A stretch of DNA of 64,000 nucleotides from a virus. Taxonomy: Duplodnaviria > Caudoviricetes. The stretch covers positions 1 through 64,000 of IMG/VR virus record IMGVR_UViG_3300012971_000019. One strand, given 5' to 3'. The translations under genes were made by a program, and so were the position numbers. The first letter of the stretch is position 1. Every line of letters starts with the position of its first letter. Under the pieces are notes generated by a model. That model saw only the letters and a list, made by a program, of their open reading frames with translations. It ran no database searches and had not been told where the DNA came from. This document shows positions 34,133 through 43,876 of the stretch, piece by piece.

Positions 34133-34878
34133 GTCTTGAGCGGTGCTGCAAGGCGTGCCAAAAGAGCTTTCCTCTCACGCCTGAATACTTCCAGCCTCAT
34201 CGGCGCACCTGTAACCAATGCATCTATGCCGCTCGCAATCGGCGCCGTGCAGAGGACCCGGAGTTTCGTGAAAGGCTGAACGCAAGCTGTCTGCGCAGCT
34301 ATTACCGACATCGTGAAAAGCGGATCGCGGAGGTGATGGAGCGGGAGAGGGCTATTCTCTCGACCAAGAAAGGTCGCGCGCGGCTGCGAGCCCGACAGCG
34401 AGCTGCTTACATAGTTCGAATTCAGGACCCAGCTCAACGCGAGAAGAAACGGCAAACCGATCGCCGTGCCGAGGCAAAGCGGTCTGCCGATCCGCAGATG
34501 CGGACAAAGCGCGCCGCAGTAAGACGGCAGAGCAATGCAGCGGACCCGGCGGCGCACAGGCGCTCCTCACTGGAATGGCAGAGGAATAATCCCGACAAGG
34601 CGCGGGCCATTCGCCAACGGCGACGTGCTCGCGACAATGATGCGCCAGGCACCTTCTCGGGCGAAGACTTTGCCTGGATCGTACGGCACCAGAAGGGTCG
34701 GTGTTTCTGGTGCGGAAGCAAGCTGAACGGCAAGCCTAATGCTGATCACCTGGTACCTTTGGCCAGAGGTGGAACCAATTGGCCAGAGAACATCGTCGCA
34801 TCATGCGCCACCTGCAATCACTGCAAGGGAGCGAAGATGCCCGAGGAGTTCATGTTCTACTTGAAGATGGAGGGCTAA
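34129..34878 (+). CDS. free-standing HNH endonuclease
   Basis: CFWCG...DHLVPLARGGTNWPENIVASCATCNHCKG; Arg-rich helical middle. Confidence 0.93.
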   Translation: MSLERCCKACQKSFPLTPEYFQPHRRTCNQCIYAARNRRRAEDPEFRERLNASCLRSYYRHREKRIAEVMERERAILSTKKGRARLRARQRAAYIVRIQDPAQREKKRQTDRRAEAKRSADPQMRTKRAAVRRQSNAADPAAHRRSSLEWQRNNPDKARAIRQRRRARDNDAPGTFSGEDFAWIVRHQKGRCFWCGSKLNGKPNADHLVPLARGGTNWPENIVASCATCNHCKGAKMPEEFMFYLKMEG

Positions 34879-35241
34879 ATGGCTCAACGGATTGCAGGAA
34901 TCGCGTTTTTGAAGGTCGATGGAGACCAGTTCCCGTTACGCGGGAACTTCACCGTCTCACCATCCCCAGTAGAGCGGGCGATGATAGCCGGGCAGGACGG
35001 AGTGCATGGGTATTCTGAGCTTCCGAGGGTACCTTACATCGAAGGTGATGTAAGCTTAGACCCGGCTTTGAGCACTACTAACACCGAGCTAATCGTCAAT
35101 GCGACGGTTACCGCGGAGTTAGCCAATGGCAAGGTATACGTGCTGCGCCAGGCGGCATGTAAGGCGGCGTTTGACCTCAACGCGCATGACGGCCTCGTGC
35201 GTGTGCGGTTCGAGGGTATCTCGTGCGACGAGGTGGGATAA
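34879..35241 (+). CDS. tail tube protein (Mu gpM-like)
   Basis: RIAGIAFLKVDG...GQDGVHGYSELPRVPYIEG...ELANGKVY. Confidence 0.92.
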   Translation: MAQRIAGIAFLKVDGDQFPLRGNFTVSPSPVERAMIAGQDGVHGYSELPRVPYIEGDVSLDPALSTTNTELIVNATVTAELANGKVYVLRQAACKAAFDLNAHDGLVRVRFEGISCDEVG

Positions 35242-35264
35242 ACTGATTTCGATGGAGGGAAACA

Positions 35265-35615
35265 ATGGCAGAAAAAGAAACGGATGGAGCCGAGATCAAC
35301 GGCGCGGCGGGACCGCTTTCACTGGTGGTCAAACTGCGGCATCCGATCAAGGCGCACGGTGAGGAGCTGCAGGAGTTGAAGCTGCGCGAGCCGACGGCGG
35401 AGGACTTGGAGAAGATCGGCAACCCGGTGATCACCAAGCCGTTCCATGACGGCGAGCCCGAGATCACGTTCGACGAGCAGAAGCTCACGATCATGCTCTC
35501 GACCCTGGCGGCGATCCCGCCGAGTTCGGTGAAGCAGCTCCATCTCAAGGATCGCGGCAAGGCGGGGTGGCTGCTTGCGGCCAATTTTTTTATGCCGGAT
35601 TTGTGGAGCAGTTGA
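35265..35615 (+). CDS. tail assembly chaperone
   Basis: KLRHPIKAHGEELQELKLREPT; ends in AAT TTT TTT ATG slippery site. Confidence 0.88.
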   Translation: MAEKETDGAEINGAAGPLSLVVKLRHPIKAHGEELQELKLREPTAEDLEKIGNPVITKPFHDGEPEITFDEQKLTIMLSTLAAIPPSSVKQLHLKDRGKAGWLLAANFFMPDLWSS

Positions 35616-35767
35616 CGCTCGACTGTTACCGGCTGGCGAAGTTCTACGGGCTCGACCCCGATATGTTCCTGGCGCAGCCGCTGTCGAAGATTCGGCGGCA
35701 TATGTACTGGACGACCAAGCTGGTAGAGCGGATGCAGGCTGAACAGCAGGACGCTGAGCATGGCTGA
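35585..35767 (+). CDS. -1 frameshift extension of tail assembly chaperone (G-T type)
   Basis: T7 run at 35585-35591 leads into -1 frame FFYAGFVEQLTLDCYRLAKFYGLDP... Confidence 0.75.
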   Translation, partial: FFYAGFVEQLTLDCYRLAKFYGLDPDMFLAQPLSKIRRHMYWTTKLVERMQAEQQDAEHG

Positions 35768-38660
35768 TTCTGATGCCCTTCGCATGACGGCCTCGACGGT
35801 CGATAAATCGTCGTCCGTCTGGAAAGCCATCGCGAAGGAAATTCAGCAGGTCGCCAATGCTGGCCGTATGGCTCAGAGTGCGATTGCCGGCTTTACCGGC
35901 GGTCTCGCGAGCGGCGCCGTTCAGCAGCTCTCCAGGGATTTCAACAATCTCACCGCGGCGATCAAGAATCTCGGCACCGCGGCGGTCGAGATGAAGTTCC
36001 TGATGGATGAGACCAGGCTCTCCCAGCAGGAGGTGCTGCGCTTCACGTACGCGGGCGAGCGGCTCGGGCTGACGGCGGGTCAGTCCGAATCCGCGTTGCG
36101 AAGCCTCACCGGCCGCATCATCGATCTGCGCAAGCTGGGTCTGAGCGAGACCTATACCGAATTGCTCAAGTACCAGGGCGGCCCCGAGCTGGCCGAGATA
36201 CTGCGCAAGAAGGCGCAGGCGGGCGATTACGCGGGCGCGATCAGGACGGTGATCGACCGGATGCGCAACGCGCGCGGTGGCGCGGATGCGCGCCGGGAGA
36301 TCGCGCGCATATTCGGCATTCCCGAGCGCCTGGCCGACATGAATCTCGATAAGCTGCCGCAGATCATCGAGCGGAACATCAGGGAAGGCGAGGAATTCCA
36401 CAAAAAGCTGGTTGACCTCGACTGGACGCTCGGCAACGTCGGGACGACGCTCGGCAATACCGTGATGCCGGTGCTCGGTGAGCTGGCCAAGCAGTTCGAC
36501 GAGTATCTCAAAAGCCCGATGATGAAGGGCGTCGTCGAAGACGTGGTGCGCAACCTGGGCGCTGCGATCAGGGCATTCCCGTGGAAGGACTTCGGTCGTG
36601 GTCTCGTCGCGGTCGGCGAGGGTTTTATTTCCATGGGCAAGGGTGCGTTTGAAGCGCTCAAAGTCGTGGCCAGGATTCCGCCAGACCTTCGTGCTGCGCT
36701 GATTGGCAGCGCTGCTGGCGCTTATGTGGGCGGTCGAATAGCAGGTCCCCGAGGTGCCTTGATCGGCGGTGCTGTTGGTGGTGCGGCGGGATTGATTACG
36801 GGCTCGCTTTCACGCTCCAGGGACATAAAGTTTTTGCTCGATCACGCCGAGCTATCGAAGAAGCATGCGCAGGAAGAACTGCAGGTGCTCAAGGAACAAC
36901 TGACGAAAAGCCAGCGGGGCACGGAGCGCTACCGGCAGACCAACCGACACATCGAGGATACGACGCGACAGCTCGACAAGCTGTCGAAGACGATCGAGGA
37001 GCTGAAGAAGCAACAGCAGCAAGGGGGCGTGTCGCCGATCAGCTACGGGTTTGGCGCTGGTCGTGGTGGTGGCATCGGTGGTGGCATCGGTGCTGGTCGC
37101 GGCTATGGCGGCGGTATTACCGGCGGCGGCCAGGGCTATCGCGGCGGTGGTCGCGTCGGTCGCGATGGCGGTGGTGGCCAAGGTGGGCCTGCTGGAACGC
37201 CGAGACCAGAGGGGTTCGGCAAGGGTGGTCCGGTCTATGAGCCGGTCACCGGCACGGGCCTCGGCGGCGGCGTTGGCGGTACCAGCGCATCGATGGGTGC
37301 TGGGCGCCATCAGGGCGACGACATCATGGCGCCGCACGGCTCTCCGGTCTATGCGGCCAAAGACGGTGTGATCGATCACATCGGTCGAGATAATCAAGGT
37401 GGCACCGTCATCGTCGTTCGCCACAGCGATGGCTCGTATTCCCGTTACATGCACATGAGCAAGGTCGGGGTGAAACCCGGCGATCCGGTCACCGGCGGGC
37501 AGGAGATCGGGAAGAGTGGAACCGCGAATGGCGTGCCGCATCTGCACTTCGAAATGTGGAACGGGCGGCCGAATGCGAGGGGGTCGCGGGTACTCAGCCC
37601 ACGCGAAATTTATGGCTGGGGCAAGGGCAACATGCCGCAAGGCGGGCGAGAGGTCGGTGGTCAGCAATCAAAGCAACCATCGCCGCCGTCGCAAGGTTCG
37701 CAAGGTCCGTTCCCGACGACCGGGACCATCAGCGGCACGGCCTCGACCTACGATCCGACCGCGGAATATCCGTCAGCCGATTCCGGTGGCCGTCGCACAG
37801 CTTCGGGTGAGATGTATGACCCGGACGATTATACCGCGGCGATTCAAACAGACTTGCGCGGGCAATTCGGCGGCGTCGGTTACGGCAAGAATTATCGGCC
37901 TGCATACGCGCTCGTCGAATCGCCTGATGGCAAAAGGGCGATCGTCCGCATCAACGATGTCGGCCCGCTGAAACCGGGACGCATCATCGATCTCAATAAG
38001 AAGTCGATGGAGTATTTCGATCCTGGTGGGAAGAAAGGCCTGATTCCGGGCATCAAGGTCACGCCGCTTCCTGGGACCGATTACAAAGTTGGGCCGGTGT
38101 CGGAAAAGACGGGTACGGCCTCGCCCACTGCTACGGCAACGTCTGTATCGTATCGAGATTCTCTACTCGCCGACGAAAGCATTGGCATGAATAGGCTTCG
38201 TGATCCATTTGGACTGAAGGGCCGTGCTCTTGCTAAAGCTGATGCCGAGGGTCGTCAACGTGAGGCGACCCGACGGATGTATAACTGGGGAATGCCAGAA
38301 TGGGATGTTCGAAATGCCACTGTGTGGAGAGGTGGAAATGTTGTCCCAATGGAAGAGATCGGCAGATTAAAGTCGCACCCGGAAACTGATGAAGCGTTGA
38401 TAAGGCGACTAGGAATAGAAAGGGGGATGTCCAAGGGGTTCGCTCCTGGTGATCCAGATGCCGAATACGGTCCTGGCGGCACACGAATTAACCTCGATCG
38501 TGCGCTTGGCCGGGAATCAGCATCTCCTGATCCGTCTGCCAGGCTCAAGGTCAATGTCGATGCGCCGCGCGGTACGACCGTAGACGCGAGCGGTGATGGC
38601 ATCTTCAACGAAACCGAAACCTCGCGCACGCTGCGAGGGTTTGACGCTCCGGTGCCCTGA
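35760..38660 (+). CDS. tape-measure-like protein 1 with M23 peptidase and RlpA-like DPBB domains
   Basis: helical N-half; HQGDD...YMHM...PHLHFE (M23); GTASTY...RTASGE...VRINDVGP..GRIIDL (RlpA). Confidence 0.85.
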   Translation: MADSDALRMTASTVDKSSSVWKAIAKEIQQVANAGRMAQSAIAGFTGGLASGAVQQLSRDFNNLTAAIKNLGTAAVEMKFLMDETRLSQQEVLRFTYAGERLGLTAGQSESALRSLTGRIIDLRKLGLSETYTELLKYQGGPELAEILRKKAQAGDYAGAIRTVIDRMRNARGGADARREIARIFGIPERLADMNLDKLPQIIERNIREGEEFHKKLVDLDWTLGNVGTTLGNTVMPVLGELAKQFDEYLKSPMMKGVVEDVVRNLGAAIRAFPWKDFGRGLVAVGEGFISMGKGAFEALKVVARIPPDLRAALIGSAAGAYVGGRIAGPRGALIGGAVGGAAGLITGSLSRSRDIKFLLDHAELSKKHAQEELQVLKEQLTKSQRGTERYRQTNRHIEDTTRQLDKLSKTIEELKKQQQQGGVSPISYGFGAGRGGGIGGGIGAGRGYGGGITGGGQGYRGGGRVGRDGGGGQGGPAGTPRPEGFGKGGPVYEPVTGTGLGGGVGGTSASMGAGRHQGDDIMAPHGSPVYAAKDGVIDHIGRDNQGGTVIVVRHSDGSYSRYMHMSKVGVKPGDPVTGGQEIGKSGTANGVPHLHFEMWNGRPNARGSRVLSPREIYGWGKGNMPQGGREVGGQQSKQPSPPSQGSQGPFPTTGTISGTASTYDPTAEYPSADSGGRRTASGEMYDPDDYTAAIQTDLRGQFGGVGYGKNYRPAYALVESPDGKRAIVRINDVGPLKPGRIIDLNKKSMEYFDPGGKKGLIPGIKVTPLPGTDYKVGPVSEKTGTASPTATATSVSYRDSLLADESIGMNRLRDPFGLKGRALAKADAEGRQREATRRMYNWGMPEWDVRNATVWRGGNVVPMEEIGRLKSHPETDEALIRRLGIERGMSKGFAPGDPDAEYGPGGTRINLDRALGRESASPDPSARLKVNVDAPRGTTVDASGDGIFNETETSRTLRGFDAPVP

Positions 38661-38663
38661 TCG

Positions 38664-40859
38664 ATGGCAACGCAAACCCACGAAGTCAAAATCCCCGTCA
38701 CGACGGTTGATAAATCGTCGGCGGTTCTGCAGACCATCACCAAGGAGATAAAACAAGCGGCCGAGGCTGGACGCGTTCTGCAGAGCGTGATTGGCGGGTT
38801 CATCGGTGGGTTCGCCGCGGGTGCCGTCCGTGGGCTGAAGGACGAGATCGACAAGCTTGCCCATTCGATCGTTCAGCTCGGCGATGCTGCGGTCGAGATG
38901 AAGTATCTCGGCGAGGAGACGCGACTCTCGCAAGAGCAAATCGCCAAGTTTCAGTACGGGATGGATTACCTCGGCATAAGTGCCGGGGAATCGCAGCAGG
39001 TACTCACCGGGTTAACCGGCAAGCTGATCGACCTGCGCAAGCTGGGTTTGAGCCCGGTCTACAACGAGCTGATGCGGTTTCAGGGCGGCCCCGAACTCGC
39101 GGAGACCCTGCGCAGGCAAGCTCAGTCTGGCAACATCGAAGGTGCAATTCGCACGCTGGTCGATCGCATGAAGAACGCGCGCGGCGGCGCCGATGCTCGG
39201 CGTGAGCTGGCGCGGATATTCGGTATTCCCGAGCGGCTCGCCGACCTCAGCATCGACAAGCTGCCGGCGATCATTTTGCAGAACATCAAGGCCGGCGAGG
39301 AATTCCACCGAAAGTGGGTCGATCTGCGGTGGACGCTGGGCAACATGGGCACGATGATCGGCAACCAACTGATGCCCGTGTTCAAGGAGCTGGCCGAACA
39401 GCTCAACGACTTCTTGAGCAAAAAGGAAACTCAGGACGCGATCAAAGACGCGATCTATGACATCGGGAAGTATCTCAGCGAGGTGCATTGGCACGAACTT
39501 GGCGACGACATTAAAGGGGTCGGCGAATCATTCCTTAGTTTTGGGAAAAACCTAAAGGAGGTTTTCGATTGGATTTCGTCAATACCACCTGAACTCCGCA
39601 ATATGGTCATCGGAGCGTTTATCGGCGGTCCGTTCGGTGCCGGTGCGGGGTTGGGTCTTGGCCTCGCTGAACGGTTCAAGCTCCTTCCCGGGCAAGAGAA
39701 GGAACGCGCCGAGGCGATCGAGCCGCAGTATCGCAAGCAATGGGAGCAGCAGCATGATGCGATACGCGCCGAGCAGCAGCGACAGGAAGCGATCCGCGAG
39801 GGCTTGAGCAAGGCGCAGCAGGGTACGCAGGCCTACGAGAATTTGTTCAAGCAGCTCGAAGAATCGAACAAACGACTTGCCGATATGGCCGAGGCCTTAA
39901 GGAAGCTCGAAGAGGATTTGCATCCATCGCCGATGGGTTTCGAGGGCCTACCGCCCTTTAGCAACGAGGGGCGTGTCATCCCGGCAGCGTTCCATCCTGG
40001 CGCTACTGGCGGGTTTGGGCAGGGCGGTCCATCGGTTGGTCAGGCGCCAGGAGGTCCGCCCGGTCCGACCGGCGGTCCGTCCACCGGTACCGGTCCGGGC
40101 CCCACTGGAGCGCCTTCAGGTGGCCCTACGGGCGGCCAGGGCTCGATTGCCCCGAGCGGTGCTCCTCCCGCCGGCCTGCCGAACCTGGGCAGCTCCCAGC
40201 GCGTGCGCGAGCTGCAGGGACGCGAGGCGGACATCAGAAAGGGAGCGATCTCGCCGACACTCCGCGCGCAATTGGACTTCGCCGCGCAGGAGACCGGTCT
40301 GGAGGCGCATGTCACGTCGGGCGGTCAACCAGCGCATGGCATCTATGGCCGCGAACGTACCGGATCGCATCGCCACGATCTCGGCGGTGCCGGTGATTTG
40401 CGGCTATGGGACCCGGTGGCAAAGCGCTACCTCGACATGCGCAATCCCCAAGATGCGGCGCGCATGGAAGAGTTCGTTGCGCGATCCGTTCAAGCTGGTG
40501 CGACCGGCGTCGGTGCTGGGCTTGGCTACATGAAAGCGCGCACGATGCACATCGGTGGTGGCCCTGGCCCGGAAGGATTTTGGGGCGGGGCTCCCTGGAT
40601 CGGCCGCGCGTATCGTCGCGGCGTTGCGATGCGCAACCAGTTTGCCGCCGATCGCGCCGCGCTCGATCGCATGAACGGGGCTCGCGCGTTCGGTCCGACG
40701 AACATGCTCGGCAACGCGATGGTCAATGTGAAGGTGCGCTCGTGGGATGAGGCGACGCCATCACAGCAATCGTTCAGGGAAATCAGGATGGAGAAAACGC
40801 CGCAAATGGCGAACTCCGGGGCTGACGGCGGCGGCTGGAACAATTGGTCCTACGAGTAA
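38664..40859 (+). CDS. tape-measure-like protein 2 (paralog) with M15-like peptidase domain
   Basis: N-half aligns to protein 1; VTSGGQ...SHRHDLGGAGD...GATGVGAG.GYM...MHIG (H-x6-D...H). Confidence 0.8.
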   Translation: MATQTHEVKIPVTTVDKSSAVLQTITKEIKQAAEAGRVLQSVIGGFIGGFAAGAVRGLKDEIDKLAHSIVQLGDAAVEMKYLGEETRLSQEQIAKFQYGMDYLGISAGESQQVLTGLTGKLIDLRKLGLSPVYNELMRFQGGPELAETLRRQAQSGNIEGAIRTLVDRMKNARGGADARRELARIFGIPERLADLSIDKLPAIILQNIKAGEEFHRKWVDLRWTLGNMGTMIGNQLMPVFKELAEQLNDFLSKKETQDAIKDAIYDIGKYLSEVHWHELGDDIKGVGESFLSFGKNLKEVFDWISSIPPELRNMVIGAFIGGPFGAGAGLGLGLAERFKLLPGQEKERAEAIEPQYRKQWEQQHDAIRAEQQRQEAIREGLSKAQQGTQAYENLFKQLEESNKRLADMAEALRKLEEDLHPSPMGFEGLPPFSNEGRVIPAAFHPGATGGFGQGGPSVGQAPGGPPGPTGGPSTGTGPGPTGAPSGGPTGGQGSIAPSGAPPAGLPNLGSSQRVRELQGREADIRKGAISPTLRAQLDFAAQETGLEAHVTSGGQPAHGIYGRERTGSHRHDLGGAGDLRLWDPVAKRYLDMRNPQDAARMEEFVARSVQAGATGVGAGLGYMKARTMHIGGGPGPEGFWGGAPWIGRAYRRGVAMRNQFAADRAALDRMNGARAFGPTNMLGNAMVNVKVRSWDEATPSQQSFREIRMEKTPQMANSGADGGGWNNWSYE

Positions 40860-40862
40860 CCC

Positions 40863-41378
40863 ATGGACATCCGCGATCCTCGGCTCTTGCGCCTCAATCC
40901 GTGGCGCGAACGGTTGATGCTCGGATGGTCGTTCCGTGGCGTACCTTTTTGGGTGGAACAACAGGCGCGGCAGTCCGGTCGCCGCAATGTCGAGCACGAA
41001 TATCCAAAGCGAAACATTCCTTACGCGGAGGACATGGGTCGCCATGCGGTGCGCTATACTATTCAAGGATTTCTGATCGGTCCGAATTACCTGGCAGAGA
41101 AGTCGAACCTTCTTAACGCGCTTGAGGCCGACGACGCCGGCATATTGGTCGATCCAATGGTCGGATCGATGCTGGTGATGTGTGAGAGATACTCGGTCAC
41201 CGAAACTCGTGAGCGCGGCGGCTATTGCGTGTTCGAGATGGCATTCGCCGAGGCCGGCGTGCCGGGCAACAGTCCACCCACGCTGTTGTTGTCCACCCGC
41301 AATGAGGTGAATACAAACGCTGACAATGCGGCTGGTGCCGCAAGTCGAAACCTCGACCAGGAACTAGTCTCGACGTAA
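40863..41378 (+). CDS. DNA circularisation protein N-terminal domain (Mu gp43-like)
   Basis: SFRGVPFWV...GRR.VEHEYPKR.IPYAEDMGR. Confidence 0.92.
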   Translation: MDIRDPRLLRLNPWRERLMLGWSFRGVPFWVEQQARQSGRRNVEHEYPKRNIPYAEDMGRHAVRYTIQGFLIGPNYLAEKSNLLNALEADDAGILVDPMVGSMLVMCERYSVTETRERGGYCVFEMAFAEAGVPGNSPPTLLLSTRNEVNTNADNAAGAASRNLDQELVST

Positions 41379-41389
41379 AGGGGAAGCTG

Positions 41390-41770
41390 ATGGCCGGAAA
41401 ATGCAATGTGTTCGTCCTCAACAACGGGCTCACCGCGCTCCACAACAATGCGAGCCACATCTACATCTGCTCCGCGGAGCCGACGAATTTTGCCGATGCA
41501 ACGGTGAACTTCGCGCTCGGCAATTATAACTTCGGCCCCGGGCTCGCCGTCAGCACGCCGGTGAACGCGGTGCCGAACGGATCGAAAGTGACGACGACTG
41601 CGGTGACGGCGGGCTCGGTGACGGGCACCGGCACGGCATCGCGATGGGCGATCGTGGACGTGCCGAACTCGATGCTGCTCGTGGACAACGACCTCGCGGC
41701 CTCGCAAGCGGTGACCGCCGGCAACGTCTGGAGCTTGCCAGCCTTCGATTTCAGGATTCCGGGGTCGTAA
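41390..41770 (+). CDS. tail-fibre-associated small structural protein
   Basis: VLNNGL...IYICSAEPT...GTGTASRWAIVD...SQAVTAGN.WSLPAFD. Confidence 0.65.
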   Translation: MAGKCNVFVLNNGLTALHNNASHIYICSAEPTNFADATVNFALGNYNFGPGLAVSTPVNAVPNGSKVTTTAVTAGSVTGTGTASRWAIVDVPNSMLLVDNDLAASQAVTAGNVWSLPAFDFRIPGS

Positions 41771-41774
41771 GCCG

Positions 41775-43406
41775 ATGGCTGCGAAGTTGCTCAAGCATCG
41801 GTTCGTCTCGGCGATCTCGGACGGCACCGACACCACGTTGGTGCGACCAACGAACTGGAACGACGACCATAATCTATGGCTCGGCGGTCGTACGGTAGCG
41901 GGCACGTCGGACACGCTTGCCGACGCCGATCACCTATCGCTGGTGAAGTACAACAACGCGGGGGCGATTGCCGTCACGTTGCCGGCGCCGACCGTATCCA
42001 CGTTTCTTACAGGCTGGGTGTGTTTCATCCGCGATGTCGGGCTCGGCACGGTCACGATCACGCCGAGCGGTGGCGCGACCATCAACGGCGGGGCCTCGAT
42101 CCAGGTGGCCTCGACGCAGGGTGCGATCATCTTCTCCGATGGCACCAATTATGATGCGATCATCACCGGCCCCGCGCCGCTTTTCTCACCGGCTTTTACC
42201 GGCGTGCCGACCGCGCCGACCGCCGCGCTCGCCGACAACTCGACGACTCTGGCGACGACCGCCTTCGTCAAGGGGCAGGCCTACGCGCCGCTCGCCTCGC
42301 CTGCATTCACCGGCACACCAACCGCGCCGACCGCTACGGTCGGGGATAGTTCGACCACGCTGGCGACGACCGCTTTCGTGCAGGGTGCGGCCGGTGGCGC
42401 GAGCATCCGCTACGACATCTCGCAATCGCTAACCTCGGCGCAGCAAGGGCTGGCCTCGCGCAACATCGGCGCATCGTCGGCCTATCTGATCAACGGCAAG
42501 ATCGTTGAGACGCACGCCTCGAATGCCGCCACCTTCTTTCTCAAAACCTTGGCCGGGTCCGATCCGTCCGCGAGCGACCCGGTGCAGGTGTGGTTGCCGG
42601 ATGGCTCGATCTTCACCATCACGGCGGCGCTATCGATTGTCCTGGCATCCGGCTCGACTTTCGCCCTCGCCAACGCGATAGCGTTTCGCCTTTGGTTCGT
42701 CATCATCAACGACGGCGGAACGGCGCGGTTGGGAGTGCGGAATAGCGCATTTTGTTCGACCACCGCACCTTGGAACTACAATTTTTTTGCGCCCAAGCCC
42801 TTTGGTGTTATCAGTTCATCAAATGCGGCCATGACGAACTATGGCACAACCTATACCAATACGGTGAATGTTTCCGACAAGCCTTACCGCGTCATTGCCT
42901 TTGCTGATTACGACAGCGGATTGGCGACCTCGGGCAATTACAATGTCAGCCCGACGCGCATCGTGCTGGTATCTGGCGATACCCCGCAGTCGGGCGCGGT
43001 TGTGTCGGAATGGATTTACGAAACGAATGTACAGACAACAGCGGCGAGCACCACGGCGGTCCAGAGTTCAATCGCCAACACGATTGCTCCGTGGGGATTG
43101 TGTAACTATTTGGATGTTTCCGCGACCTTCGATGTATACTGTGTGGATTCAGCAGTTTTCTGTTCCGGCCAATTCCGACGCGGTGGAACTAGTATCGGTT
43201 TAAGTGGGCAGTGGGGTGGAATATCGAGCAGCGGCGGCAGCGTTGTCGGCGGCGGAATGTTCGGCGGATCGCTTCACACAGTCCTCCGAGTCCCCACTCT
43301 ATCCGCACAGGTTTATGCGGTATTCTTTGGTAACACGACTGGCAGTGCCACGGTCTATCTCCCGGTGACCGAGGGGTGCCTCGTGGTCAGGGAAATCATG
43401 GGGTAG
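41775..43406 (+). CDS. tail fibre protein
   Basis: HRFVSAISDGTD..LVRPTNWNDDH attachment motif; two SPAFTGxPTAPTA...STTLATTAFV repeats. Confidence 0.85.
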   Translation: MAAKLLKHRFVSAISDGTDTTLVRPTNWNDDHNLWLGGRTVAGTSDTLADADHLSLVKYNNAGAIAVTLPAPTVSTFLTGWVCFIRDVGLGTVTITPSGGATINGGASIQVASTQGAIIFSDGTNYDAIITGPAPLFSPAFTGVPTAPTAALADNSTTLATTAFVKGQAYAPLASPAFTGTPTAPTATVGDSSTTLATTAFVQGAAGGASIRYDISQSLTSAQQGLASRNIGASSAYLINGKIVETHASNAATFFLKTLAGSDPSASDPVQVWLPDGSIFTITAALSIVLASGSTFALANAIAFRLWFVIINDGGTARLGVRNSAFCSTTAPWNYNFFAPKPFGVISSSNAAMTNYGTTYTNTVNVSDKPYRVIAFADYDSGLATSGNYNVSPTRIVLVSGDTPQSGAVVSEWIYETNVQTTAASTTAVQSSIANTIAPWGLCNYLDVSATFDVYCVDSAVFCSGQFRRGGTSIGLSGQWGGISSSGGSVVGGGMFGGSLHTVLRVPTLSAQVYAVFFGNTTGSATVYLPVTEGCLVVREIMG

Positions 43407-43410
43407 CGCC

Positions 43411-43860
43411 GTGAACATCGGACCAACCTTCCCCGACGATCTGAGAGAGGCCGGTCTTATCGGTTTGCCGTTTTCGTGGACGCCGGATGGATTGTACGAC
43501 ACGAGCCAACTGACGCCCGAGCAGCTCGGTGCCGTCAACGCCGTGCTCGCCGCGCATGATCCGACCGCGAAGCCAATTCCGATAGGCCTCACGCAGCGCC
43601 AGTTCCATCAGGAGCTTGCCGTGCGCGGCCTGATCACCGAGCAGGAAGCGCTCGACGCCGTGAAGATCGGGACGGTTCCGGCCGAGATACAGGCCTTCAT
43701 CGATACGCTCCCGACCGAGGAGCAGTTCGCCGCCAAGATGAAATTTGCCGCCGAGCCCACGGTCAGCCGGTATGACTCTGTGATCGAGCAGTTCGGCAAG
43801 TACCAGGGCTGGACGACCGCGGAGCTGAACGACTTCTGGCGCTCTGCCGCTGCCCTCTGA
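43411..43860 (+). CDS. tail fibre assembly-like protein
   Basis: follows fibre; AVLAAHDP, LTQRQF...I.DF.WRSAAAL. Confidence 0.6.
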   Translation: MNIGPTFPDDLREAGLIGLPFSWTPDGLYDTSQLTPEQLGAVNAVLAAHDPTAKPIPIGLTQRQFHQELAVRGLITEQEALDAVKIGTVPAEIQAFIDTLPTEEQFAAKMKFAAEPTVSRYDSVIEQFGKYQGWTTAELNDFWRSAAAL

Positions 43861-43876
43861 GCCGAGGGACTGATCG

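Noticed and set aside
37020-37290. Collagen-like or mobile repeat in TMP1
   Set aside because: Irregular Gly-rich linker (GGGxG) without G-X-Y periodicity.
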